Source: Clostridia bacterium
GTDB taxonomy: Bacteria > Bacillota > Clostridia > Oscillospirales > CAG-272
Assembly: GCA_017471825.1 (NCBI GenBank)
Contig: JAFURQ010000007.1
Span: forward strand, 28,036 to 92,035
Length of the DNA: 64,000 nt
Reading direction: 5' to 3'
Made by a program: the position numbers and the translations under genes. Shown here piece by piece: positions 10,301 to 18,318 of this stretch. The stretch's first letter is position 1. Every line of letters starts with the position of its first letter. A model generated the notes under the pieces. The model was not told the DNA's origin and made no database searches. It saw only the letters and a program-made list of their open reading frames with translations.

Positions 10301-11098
10301 CCCGGTGCGAACACTCTGATAATCGAAAATGCGGACAAAATGGGACTCTCCCAGCTTCACCAGATACGAGGACGCGTGGGAAGAAGCGAGAGGCAGGCTT
10401 ACGCCTATTTCACCTTCCGCCCCGGGAAAGCCCTGTCCGACGTTGCGCGCAAGAGGCTGACCGCTATACGCGAGTTTGCGACATTTGGCGCGGGATTCAA
10501 GGTAGCTCTTCGCGACCTGGAGATACGCGGAGCGGGAAATCTGCTCGGCGCGGAGCAGCACGGATATATAGAGAGCGTGGGATACGATATGTACGTCAAG
10601 CTCTTGTCCGAGGCTGTGTTAGAAGAGAGCGGCAGGGCGGCAGAGGCTCCGTATGAGTCGAGCGTGGATATAAATGTTTCCGCAAATATACCCGAGAGAT
10701 ATATCGGTGTGAGCTCACAAAGAATGGAGATGTACAAGAAGATATCCCTCATACGTGACTGTGACGATATGCAGGATATAATCGACGAATTTATCGACAG
10801 ATTCGGCGAGCCGCCGCGCGAGACCTACGCTATAATAAAAATTTCTCTCATACGTGCGCTATGCTCGCGCGCGAGAATACCGAGGGTTGAATACACGGGC
10901 GGAACGCTTATATTCCACCTCGAAAAGCCCGAGCTGGCGGTGTGGAGTGAGCTGTTTGCGGATATTCCGTCGCTATCGTTCAGAGTAGCGGTGGGAGCAC
11001 CGACGGTTGTATGCAAGATAAAGAAGGGCGAGAGCGAGCTTGACAAAGCTATTGAAATACTCTCACGCTACGTGAAAATCCTTACTGAAGGAGAATAA
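7388..11098 (+). CDS. mfd: Transcription-repair coupling factor
   Basis: CarD/TRCF domain (GDYVVHANYGIG), GDVGFGKT, DEEQRFG, SATPIPRT, QIRGRVGR, RDLEIRGAGNLLG; follows pth. Confidence 0.97.
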   Translation: MHNIPALIRQDKEFAESLSALLEQLSAKSPLPLIINGLSGGSADAYLIESIRALTGSSAQSDSSAPSGSSAPSGSSAHSDLAAPRGRAPAVVLAASDAERGRLCRLLCDFGIRALEFKPRDLVFHNISASCDVDRERLSVLDAILRGECDALVTTPSAAVAFTVPRETFANCAVALRVGAEFPPEELTERLAALGFSRTDMVESAGQFSRRGDIVDIWASASELPIRVEFFGDEIDRIAYFDAQTQRSEGAVEEARLLPAREVLLSAEARARVIAEIDRLTARAAKGGAKASGGAEGSRGARGGSGDGEREADGSAGEALTKLGHERALLAAGLDIDSRDRYISIIYQKHECVLDYVTSRGRAAIFVLGTNEVREELSRAQAHIKEQRAAMIEGGLISESLAKYSGGTTELDKFLSECATVHINAFAGGVGSLRAAGLFGFRARRSTPYGSSPSLLYEDVRAFRKSGYRTVIITDNAQGADSLVSAMANEDIYASAIYGREGFAIEAAEPGTVFVTVGRFDGFELIVPKIAVLSMATPEGRAIMEKRRQKRILKRVGGAGQRLMSYADLSVGDYVVHANYGIGLFEGIEAVTVNGVTKDYIKIQYAGTDKLFVPCDKLEMIGKYIGARDDTGKVKLSKMGGGDWTRAKTRAKTAARDMAKDLIRLYAERQRLPGFAFPADSEMEDEFAAGFEYEETESQLVAIEEIKRDMMRPVPMNRLLCGDVGFGKTEVALRAAFKAIMGGKQVAILVPTTILALQHFTTATSRMRGYPVTVEMISRFRTPKQQEKILKNTARGAVDILIGTHKLLSKNVQFRDLGLLIIDEEQRFGVAQKEKLKQMAKNVDVLTLSATPIPRTLNMAMNGISDMSILDEAPGARRPVQTYVLEYDDAILFDAMRRELARGGQVLYIYNKIDDIDVVATKIMQALPNARVATAHGAMDKDELEDIWGELVRAKIDIIVCTTIIETGVDLPGANTLIIENADKMGLSQLHQIRGRVGRSERQAYAYFTFRPGKALSDVARKRLTAIREFATFGAGFKVALRDLEIRGAGNLLGAEQHGYIESVGYDMYVKLLSEAVLEESGRAAEAPYESSVDINVSANIPERYIGVSSQRMEMYKKISLIRDCDDMQDIIDEFIDRFGEPPRETYAIIKISLIRALCSRARIPRVEYTGGTLIFHLEKPELAVWSELFADIPSLSFRVAVGAPTVVCKIKKGESELDKAIEILSRYVKILTEGE
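7551..7622 (+). repeat. Four in-frame 18-bp tandem repeats in the mfd N-terminus (GSSAQS/DSSAPS/GSSAPS/GSSAHS)
   Basis: Units near cggrctcctcggctcmgt start at 7551, 7569, 7587 and 7605. Confidence 0.9.
7876..7891. other. parS: parS centromere-like site (ParB/Spo0J binding) inside mfd
   Basis: TGTTCCACGTGAAACA, exact match to the TGTTNCACGTGAAACA consensus. Confidence 0.88.
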
Positions 11099-11100
11099 AA

Positions 11101-12324
11101 ATGACGAAAGTTAAAGGCAAAACGCCCCTCACAAAAAAGAGGAAAGTGCCGATAATATTGATAATTGTTGCCTGCGTTGTTGCGGCGGCGCTGATTTTCG
11201 GCGCGGTGCTCGGCATAATTGCCATAGTGAAGCGCTCGCGTGCGGTCGTTTCATACGGCGGTGTCACAATGGACAAGGGAGAGGCGGCATTCTTTGTCAG
11301 CAGGTACAAGGTCAGCCATATATCCTCACTGCGTGCGAAGGGTATTGCCGCAGAGGATACGGCGGAGTTCTGGGCGAGTGCGGCAGAGGACGGTGTGAGC
11401 TACGGCGAGCGTCTGAATGACGGTGCGGTGCTGTATCTCAAGGAAATCGTTGTCGGGTGCTATCTGTTCGACAGATACGCATCACTCACGGGCGATGACA
11501 GAGATGCTATAAGCCGTGCGGTCGACGAGGTTATAGAATATCACGCCGATGGCGATAGGGATAAGTTTGAAGCCGAGGCAGAAAAGCTCGGATTTGATTA
11601 TTCGGATTTTACCGATGCGACAACTATGCTCTACAAGGCTAACAAGGCGTTCGCCGCGATTTACGGCGAGGACGGGTCGGCTATCTCGAGCGATGCTACC
11701 GCGTGTGCCGAATACCTTAACGAATATTCTCACGTTAAGCTTCTGTTCATTCGTACGGAGGAAAAGATGACAAAGGACGAGGAGGGGCGCGAGGTATTCA
11801 CCCCTCTGACCGACGAGGAGAAGGCAGAGAGGCTCGCGGTTATAGAAAAGATAAAGGGCGCGATAGATGCAAAGGACGGCGAGGACGGACAGATGACGCA
11901 GACCGCCTTCGAGAGCTTTTTACAAAAGCATGGCGAGGGCGATGCTACGATGGACTCGCTCGGCTATTATTTCCACCCGAATGCCGAGATGACTGCGGAG
12001 TTTGCCGAGGCGTTTCCAACCGTTGTCGAGCGAGCTCTTGCTATGGAGAAGGGCGAATTCGACTACGCGGAAACCACCGTACAGGACGAGGAGCTCGAGG
12101 GATTTGACGGATTTTGCTTCATATATAAATATGACGCGAGCGCGGGCGCGTACGCGAGCGACGAGCTCGAGATATGGTTTTCCGATTTCCTGTGGGATGC
12201 TTCGGTTGCGAGCTTCACAGAGGCTATGGACGAGCTTATAGCCGCCGCGGACGAGGGCAAGCGGATATCGGAGGTCGATGCCGTTAATATTCCTATGAAT
12301 ACTGTTTTTGCACCAAAATTTTAA
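11101..12324 (+). CDS. Membrane-anchored PrsA/SurA-like foldase (degenerate parvulin domain)
   Basis: N-terminal TM; 'YSHVKLLFI...FESFLQKHGEG...AEFAEAF...ALAMEKGE' parvulin-like layout; position directly after mfd is typical of Clostridia. Confidence 0.6.
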   Translation: MTKVKGKTPLTKKRKVPIILIIVACVVAAALIFGAVLGIIAIVKRSRAVVSYGGVTMDKGEAAFFVSRYKVSHISSLRAKGIAAEDTAEFWASAAEDGVSYGERLNDGAVLYLKEIVVGCYLFDRYASLTGDDRDAISRAVDEVIEYHADGDRDKFEAEAEKLGFDYSDFTDATTMLYKANKAFAAIYGEDGSAISSDATACAEYLNEYSHVKLLFIRTEEKMTKDEEGREVFTPLTDEEKAERLAVIEKIKGAIDAKDGEDGQMTQTAFESFLQKHGEGDATMDSLGYYFHPNAEMTAEFAEAFPTVVERALAMEKGEFDYAETTVQDEELEGFDGFCFIYKYDASAGAYASDELEIWFSDFLWDASVASFTEAMDELIAAADEGKRISEVDAVNIPMNTVFAPKF

Positions 12325-12350
12325 AGGGGCTGTCGTATTTAGGCATAACC

Positions 12351-12480
12351 GAATAAAAACAGAGGTATTGTGCAAAAAAACACAGTACCTCTTTCTTATA
12401 TTATAAAAGCATTTTTTAGAGGAAAACAGAGGTAGAAAACCTGCGGTTTTCCTCATTTTTTATTTTTACTGTTTTTATTC
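12351..12480. repeat. 130-bp element with 12-bp terminal inverted repeats and two internal hairpins (MITE-like)
   Basis: GAATAAAAACAG(12351)/CTGTTTTTATTC(12469); AGAGGTATTGTG/CACAGTACCTCT; GAGGAAAAC/GTTTTCCTC. Confidence 0.5.
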
Positions 12481-12481
12481 T

Positions 12482-12610
12482 ATTGCCGTTTCCTCCCTCC
12501 GACGTATTCATATACGCCTCTCGGTCGGAGAACGACAATTTCTGCTCTAAATCCGTTCGCCCCAAGGTTCAGTCTCTTATTTTTTGGGCAAGCTCTCTCG
12601 GGGAGGGAGC
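12482..12610. repeat. Multi-hairpin REP-like palindromic element
   Basis: ATTGCCGTT/AACGACAAT enclosing CTCCGAC/GTCGGAG; GCCCAA/TTGGGC; GCTCTC/GGGAGC. Confidence 0.45.
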
Positions 12611-12612
12611 CT

Positions 12613-12642
12613 TAAAAAAAGAGCAGCGCCGAAGCGCTGCTC
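12613..12642 (-). terminator. Intrinsic terminator of the 1553-aa gene
   Basis: GAGCAGCGC-cgaa-GCGCTGCTC with A8 on the + side, i.e. a U-tract on the minus strand. Confidence 0.8.
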
Positions 12643-12734
12643 CCGAAAGGAAAACCATGCATACGAGTACACGGTTTTTCTACACAGCATACCGAAAGGC
12701 GCAGTCCTTTAATATGCTGAATGTAGCGATTCAA

Positions 12735-15700
12735 TTATCTGGCGTCATGCACCAGATTGCCGTTGGCTCTGGGAGGACCGAAGCGGTATGCCGCAACGGA
12801 GCGTGCGTAGGCATCCATCGCAAGAAGTACGTCTGCCGTGGCAGCAAAGCTCTCATCACCTGATGACTGAAGATTCTGATAGTAGGTAGGAAGGTCGTAG
12901 ATGCCGGAAACCGTTGCTCCGTCCTCAAAGGTGAGGGTTATCCTGATCTGCTTATTTATATGGTAGATAGGCATATTGTCAGGAGAGGCGACACAGATGT
13001 AGCTTGTAATGCTGTCATCTGACGCAACCGCGCCATTGTTAGCGGTCCAAGCGTCATTGGTGTAGTTGCCACAGTAGCTCTGGAGTCCTTCTGTTGTCCA
13101 ATATGAGGTACCCCAGGAGGCGTTGGGCGAATAGGTTTTAACGTCCGTGCCCCAGTTATTGCCGCCCTCTGCCGTATTATAGCCCTGAATCCAGCCCTCA
13201 ACGACTGTGAAGCTGACGGCGGTAACCTTTGAGCCCTCTTTAAGCTTTATTCTGTATCTCGGCTGATAGTCGTAGACCTGGAAGCTTACTTTCTCGATGT
13301 AGTCAGCGAGAGCTGTGGGAGCGTCCGCATCGGTTGCGGTCGTGAAATACTTGGTATCAAGTGCGGTGAGATTTTCGGTACATACCTCGCTATTGTAAAG
13401 CGCGTCAACTATGTCGAAATTATACCTTGACGTCAAGCCCTCAAAGGACATAAGCGTGTGGGTATATCTTACCATATCTGCCATCATGGGCTTAGCCTTA
13501 TCGTAGGCACCGGTGGTGTCATTGAGAAGCTGTTTTGCATAGCCGATGGGGGAGAGAGTTACGGTCTGCGTTGCGGACTTCACCTGATTGCCATCGAGGG
13601 TAACGTTGAAGTTAACGGTAAGGGTAACGTCAACGGCAAGCTGAGTTGCGGAGATGGAGCCGAGGGCGTATTTTCTATATTTTGCGCTGTCGCCGTAGAA
13701 GGTTGCCGAGGTGGTGGAGGCACTGATTGTTTTATCTGCGCTATTCACTACGCTGACAAGCTCTACGTTATCGGGATATTCCGTAGGAATGTAGAAATAG
13801 AGTCCTACGTGGCCCATAAGCACGAGATTGTACCTTGCGGCGGTGAGATAGGGCGTAACCGCTACCTCGGGATAGAGCTGCATGGTGCTACCCGTGGCGA
13901 CGAGGTTGGAAACCACGTTGCCCTCGGCATCAACCCAGCCGCCCGTGTAGGAGAGCTTATACCAGCCGGACGAGGAGTCAACGGTCGTTGTATCTATCGA
14001 GGGGACGGGGATTGCCGCACCGGGTGCAAGGGTCGCGGAGGTGGCGGTATCGGTTGCGGGGTCGTATATATCAACTATAACGCCACCCGTAATTTCGACT
14101 GTGAAGGTACACTGCTCGTTTACCTTACCTGACGTAAAGTCTGTAGTGTATTTTTCTGCGTCGATTATAACGTCGGTGGAAAGAAGCTTATATACGGGAA
14201 CGCCCTGTGTAGTGGAAACGTTCTCGAGGATGCCGCCCTCACCCGCAACGAGAAGGCCGTCGGTATAGGTGCCGCCGTAAAGCGTGCCGACACCGAGGGT
14301 GATAGAGGTTATGGCGGTTCTGCCGTTGGTGGTGTCGAGCGCGGGTGTCAGCTTTCCATACACGCGGCAGTCGTTAAAGGCTATTGTGGTAAGGTCGTTC
14401 GCGTGGTTGAAGATCGGGCTGTTGCCACCCTCTGTTATAACGTTACAGTTAGTGAACGTGTAATTGAGCTTACCCGTATAAGAGGATGAGCGCGCACAGA
14501 AGAGAGAAATGCCGTCCTCGCTATAGAAGGTAGCATCGTTTGCAACGAAATCAACTCCATTACGAACAGCAAACCAGGTGGCTGTATAGTTGTTGTGCGT
14601 GTTATAAATTGCGTGATGCTCGCCGCCCTCAACGGTGAAGGTGCCTGATTTATCGTACGAGTAGAAGAGCGCGCCCGAATAGGTCTTAAGATTTGTAAGT
14701 GTTATATCAAAATCGGTACCGTCTGCCTCAAATATGGGGTAGGATCTGCCTACATGACTAGCATCAGTGCTTTTAACGGTTACGGCGGTTATGGTACCGT
14801 TCTGGAACACTACGGGAACGTTCTTCGTTATAACGATGGCCTCCTTACCGGCTGCCTGAACATTACCCTGCTTTATTGTAAGGGTTCTGCCGTCGAGGTC
14901 GAAGGTAAGAGCCTTATCAATATTTACAATTCTGTTGGGGTTTGTTGCTGTATTGTAGCCGACGTGCGAGCCGTCGGCGGTGTAGTTACCGAGGAATTTG
15001 ATAGTGGTGCCTGCGTCGGCTGCAGTTACGGCCTCCTGAATGGAGCCCTTCAAATACGTAACGACGCCGTTCGTGGTTACTTCAAAATAGTCGCCGGAGA
15101 CGGTTCTGTCGAAGGTGTAGCTTTTTGCGGTTGCGACGCCCTTGAAGCCGTAGAAGGCGGGGTCACCCTCAAGAAGCTTGAGCGTTACGTCGAGGGTTGA
15201 GGCGCCGGAAACGAATATGCCCACCTCGGGAGAAACCACGCCGTCGGTCACGGTCGCCGAGGAGGTGTAGTATGACGCGGAATCGAGCATTACAGTGTTG
15301 GCATCGGGCTGACCGATGGTTATGCCCGCCTGTACGAAGGGGTTGTACTGATTGTTATTATCGTAGCCGTTATTGCTGACGGGAGCAAGCGAGCCGTAAA
15401 CGTAGCTGTTACGGAAATATACGGTTGTAAACTCGTTTGCACTCTGTATAATATTATGCGTTACTTTTTCCGCGATGATTTCAGAGTTTTCTACCACAAA
15501 CTCAACGCCGGGGTTGTAGAGAGAAACGGTTCTTGAAGCCGCGCCGAAGAGCCTTCCTCTGCTTCCGACGTATACGAGGGCGTCGCTTACCTTAACGTTA
15601 CCCGAGCAAAGCATACCTACAATGCCGCCGATTGAGCCCTGCGCGGTATATATTACGTAGTGCTCGCCGCCTGTTATATTGATATTCGAGCCGTTGCCGG

Positions 15701-17396
15701 AGAAGGCGTATACAAGTCCGCCTGAATATGAGGTTACGTTCTCGATGTTGAGGTTTACGGCATAGCCGTGGTCTCCGTTTCTGAAGAGGGGATATGCGGA
15801 GGTTGTATCGGTATGCTTAACGCCTACGGTGCCGTTTTTAAGAGTTACCGTTTCCGTGGTATCAATCTCTATGGTGGACTCGCCGTTCGGACCGTCGGTG
15901 GTTTTTACCTGATTTATAGAGAGGGTTTTGCCGTTGAGGTCGAAGGTGATACCTGCCTTGATTATAGCGATGTCACCGTTTCCTTCGGGGTAAACCTCGA
16001 CGTCACAGAGAAGCTGCACGGTGGTACCCGATTCGGCGTTGGAGAGGACGTCGTAGAGGGAGATGTCACCGTAGTAATAGTAGGTATCGGTGCCGCTGTA
16101 GTAGAACTCCGGAACGCGCTCCTCGGTATCGAAGGTGTAGATTCTTTTTGTCGCGGTTGTGGAATAGTCGTAGGTATAGACGTTGTTTTCCGCATCGGTG
16201 AAGGTGACGCGCTCGTCATTAGGCAAATTAAGGGTTACAGTGAGCTCCTCGCTGATGCTTTCGGTATAGTAGATTTTTTCACCGTTGGTGTCGAGATTAT
16301 AGTAGGACGCAACGACGGCGGTGGGGTTGGTGTAATCACCTACGGCAACGCCGTTTGCAAAGTACGCCTTGGTTTCACCGTCGGCGGTAGCATAGGTGGT
16401 ACCGGGGCCGAGGAGGATATCGCCTGCCTCGATGGGAGAGATAGCGCCGTCGGTGTACTCGGTATCCCAAGGCTCCATATCAATCTGAATGACGCCGTCC
16501 TTTGTGAGCCTACCGAGCGAGCCGTAGATGTGGCTGTTATTGAATTTTACCGTTGTATACTGGTTCGCATACTTGATAAGAGAGGTGGTGATTTTCTCGC
16601 TGAGAACGTTACAGTTTGTAAAGACAAACGAGGATTCGAGGTCCCAGTAATCGAAGGTATTATCCCAGTTGGCGCTATTGTTATACGCAGGATAAATAAG
16701 CGAGGTAAGAAGCGTGGATTCATCTGCAACGTAGAAGGTTGCACCCTTGGCATTGAAGATGATGGGAGTTCTCGATTCTACGAAGCCGCCCTTGCTGTCG
16801 CTTACCTTACCTATGACGTAGTGGGTACCACCTTTGACAGTAACCTTAACGTCGTATGACGCACCGGGGGCATAGACGAAGGACGCGGCATAGGTATTTA
16901 CGTTCTCAAGCACGAGCTGTGCGCTACCCCATCTAAGAGAAAAAAGAGGATGAGATTTTTGCGTTTCGGGGTCGGTCGAATCGGCAAAAAGAACCTTTAC
17001 CGTACCGTTTTTGACGGTGAATTTGTTCTGCGAGCGAAGCGCTATATAATTTTCCTTGTGCTGCTGAATGACCGTGAGGGTATGTCCGCCGAGGTCAAGC
17101 GTCAGGGGGCCGCCCTCGTTGGTTTCGTTGTAAGCGTAGAGGTCCGCGATTTTCGTTGCGCTCGCAGGTGCCACATACGTGGTGTCGCCGTGCATGGTGA
17201 CGGTTGTACCTGCCTTTGCATTTTCAAGCGCGGTACCGAGATCGGTTGCCGTGTAGACGGTTGATTCGTCTGCATAGGACGTGTAGGTAAAGCCTGTATC
17301 GTAGGCAACGTCCTCAGCCGATACTGCAAGCATAACGCCTGCGGCTATCAGCGCGACGGATAGAATTATTGAGAGAATTTTAATCGTTCTTTTCAT
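12735..17396 (-). CDS. Large secreted protein with three tandem ~350-390 aa beta-rich (beta-helix/pectin-lyase-like) modules
   Basis: Sec signal MKRTIKILSIILSVALIAAGVMLAVSA; repeated DL(G/N/D)GxTL at 17076, 15921 and 14880, repeated GGxH(Y/H) and 'ANxxTTxxFxxxxVYG'; GGAG RBS. Confidence 0.8.
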   Translation of the reverse strand: MKRTIKILSIILSVALIAAGVMLAVSAEDVAYDTGFTYTSYADESTVYTATDLGTALENAKAGTTVTMHGDTTYVAPASATKIADLYAYNETNEGGPLTLDLGGHTLTVIQQHKENYIALRSQNKFTVKNGTVKVLFADSTDPETQKSHPLFSLRWGSAQLVLENVNTYAASFVYAPGASYDVKVTVKGGTHYVIGKVSDSKGGFVESRTPIIFNAKGATFYVADESTLLTSLIYPAYNNSANWDNTFDYWDLESSFVFTNCNVLSEKITTSLIKYANQYTTVKFNNSHIYGSLGRLTKDGVIQIDMEPWDTEYTDGAISPIEAGDILLGPGTTYATADGETKAYFANGVAVGDYTNPTAVVASYYNLDTNGEKIYYTESISEELTVTLNLPNDERVTFTDAENNVYTYDYSTTATKRIYTFDTEERVPEFYYSGTDTYYYYGDISLYDVLSNAESGTTVQLLCDVEVYPEGNGDIAIIKAGITFDLNGKTLSINQVKTTDGPNGESTIEIDTTETVTLKNGTVGVKHTDTTSAYPLFRNGDHGYAVNLNIENVTSYSGGLVYAFSGNGSNINITGGEHYVIYTAQGSIGGIVGMLCSGNVKVSDALVYVGSRGRLFGAASRTVSLYNPGVEFVVENSEIIAEKVTHNIIQSANEFTTVYFRNSYVYGSLAPVSNNGYDNNNQYNPFVQAGITIGQPDANTVMLDSASYYTSSATVTDGVVSPEVGIFVSGASTLDVTLKLLEGDPAFYGFKGVATAKSYTFDRTVSGDYFEVTTNGVVTYLKGSIQEAVTAADAGTTIKFLGNYTADGSHVGYNTATNPNRIVNIDKALTFDLDGRTLTIKQGNVQAAGKEAIVITKNVPVVFQNGTITAVTVKSTDASHVGRSYPIFEADGTDFDITLTNLKTYSGALFYSYDKSGTFTVEGGEHHAIYNTHNNYTATWFAVRNGVDFVANDATFYSEDGISLFCARSSSYTGKLNYTFTNCNVITEGGNSPIFNHANDLTTIAFNDCRVYGKLTPALDTTNGRTAITSITLGVGTLYGGTYTDGLLVAGEGGILENVSTTQGVPVYKLLSTDVIIDAEKYTTDFTSGKVNEQCTFTVEITGGVIVDIYDPATDTATSATLAPGAAIPVPSIDTTTVDSSSGWYKLSYTGGWVDAEGNVVSNLVATGSTMQLYPEVAVTPYLTAARYNLVLMGHVGLYFYIPTEYPDNVELVSVVNSADKTISASTTSATFYGDSAKYRKYALGSISATQLAVDVTLTVNFNVTLDGNQVKSATQTVTLSPIGYAKQLLNDTTGAYDKAKPMMADMVRYTHTLMSFEGLTSRYNFDIVDALYNSEVCTENLTALDTKYFTTATDADAPTALADYIEKVSFQVYDYQPRYRIKLKEGSKVTAVSFTVVEGWIQGYNTAEGGNNWGTDVKTYSPNASWGTSYWTTEGLQSYCGNYTNDAWTANNGAVASDDSITSYICVASPDNMPIYHINKQIRITLTFEDGATVSGIYDLPTYYQNLQSSGDESFAATADVLLAMDAYARSVAAYRFGPPRANGNLVHDAR

Positions 17397-17583
17397 TGCT
17401 TTCTCCTTTGTAAAAAACGAAAAAATTTAAAATATTTTATTATATATTTATTCGGCGCTTCTGTATATTTTGCAGCAAAAGAGTTTTGAGGACATTTGTC
17501 AAATAGTGAAAATATACAAAATTGCCGGTAGATAACGGAATTTTATTCATATTTATTCATTTTTAATGAATTAAAAAACATTA

Positions 17584-17594
17584 CCCCCCCCCCC
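17584..17594. repeat. C11 (G11 on minus) homopolymer in the leader of the large surface-protein gene
   Basis: Eleven consecutive C in an otherwise AT-rich region. Confidence 0.9.
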
Positions 17595-17774
17595 GCACTT
17601 TTCACAATGCAGAGGAGAGAGCTTTGTGCACACTGACGAAAATATGTATTTTTACATATACGTTCGTCTTTTATAATCGGTTTTTCAAGAGCTTTTGCGG
17701 CGTGCTTGAAATTTAATGCACAATAAACCCTATGCTTATTTGAGCATAAAAATTCAAAAAAGAAATTTGAAGTA

Positions 17775-17803
17775 ATTATACTACTTTATGATACATTTGT
17801 CAA
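17775..17803 (-). promoter_or_regulatory. Consensus sigma-A promoter ~380 nt upstream of the 1553-aa gene
   Basis: Minus strand TTGACA(17803-17798)-17 nt-TATAAT(17780-17775). Confidence 0.75.
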
Positions 17804-17864
17804 TAGTTTTTTAATTATTTTTATATATTTAATTGCTGCGGGGATTTTTTCGGAAAAATGAAAA

Positions 17865-17898
17865 CAAAAAAGGCGTGCGAGTTCGCTCACGCACGCCT
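17865..17898 (-). terminator. Intrinsic terminator of the small peptide gene
   Basis: AGGCGTGCG...CGCACGCCT stem with A-run on the left (U-tract on minus). Confidence 0.7.
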
Positions 17899-17919
17899 AT
17901 AATTATTTCAGTCGGTGTC

Positions 17920-18048
17920 TTACGACAACATATCGTCCGTCATTCCCATGCCGGGCGTGTCGCTACCTATGTCCGTAGGCGACGTGGATATTATATCAGA
18001 TACTACGATCTGCTTGATTTCTATTTCAAGTTCTTCGTACATTCTCAC
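17920..18048 (-). CDS. 42-aa acidic small peptide of the 'YxxxxxEIxxxxxxDIIxTS' type (not in ORF track)
   Basis: GTG start with GGGAGGA RBS 8 nt upstream; MRMYEELEIEIKQIVVSDIISTSPTDIGSDTPGMGMTDDMLS*; own promoter and terminator. Confidence 0.72.
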   Translation of the reverse strand: MRMYEELEIEIKQIVVSDIISTSPTDIGSDTPGMGMTDDMLS

Positions 18049-18124
18049 GACAAGAATCCTCCCTGAGATATAACCATCTCATATACTAAGGGCATAATAC
18101 CCCAAATGCTCATAATTTATCATA

Positions 18125-18153
18125 ATTCTATCACTTTAAATTACAAATGTCAA
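18125..18153 (-). promoter_or_regulatory. Sigma-A promoter of the small peptide gene
   Basis: Minus strand TTGACA(18153-18148)-17 nt-TAGAAT(18130-18125) with extended TG. Confidence 0.7.
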
Positions 18154-18165
18154 GCCGAACATAGA

Positions 18166-18187
18166 TTGTTAACAATTTGTTAACAAT
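18166..18187. promoter_or_regulatory. OmpR/WalR-type direct-repeat operator
   Basis: TTGTTAACAAT repeated twice; contains TGTTAA-N5-TGTTAA, matching the TGTWAH-N5-TGTWAH WalR-box pattern. Confidence 0.5.
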
Positions 18188-18318
18188 TTAGTGTGTTTCG
18201 TATAAATAAAAATTTTATCAAATGTACAAGTTTAGTAACAGTTAATTAACAAAGACAATGTATAATAAGTATATGTTAGGGATAAAAAATAAATAACCTT
18301 ATATTTTCGGAGATTTTT

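Noticed and set aside
17397-18318. oriC in the long AT-rich intergenic region
   Set aside because: No TTATCCACA-type box cluster or dnaA; the region is explained by promoters, operators and a small ORF
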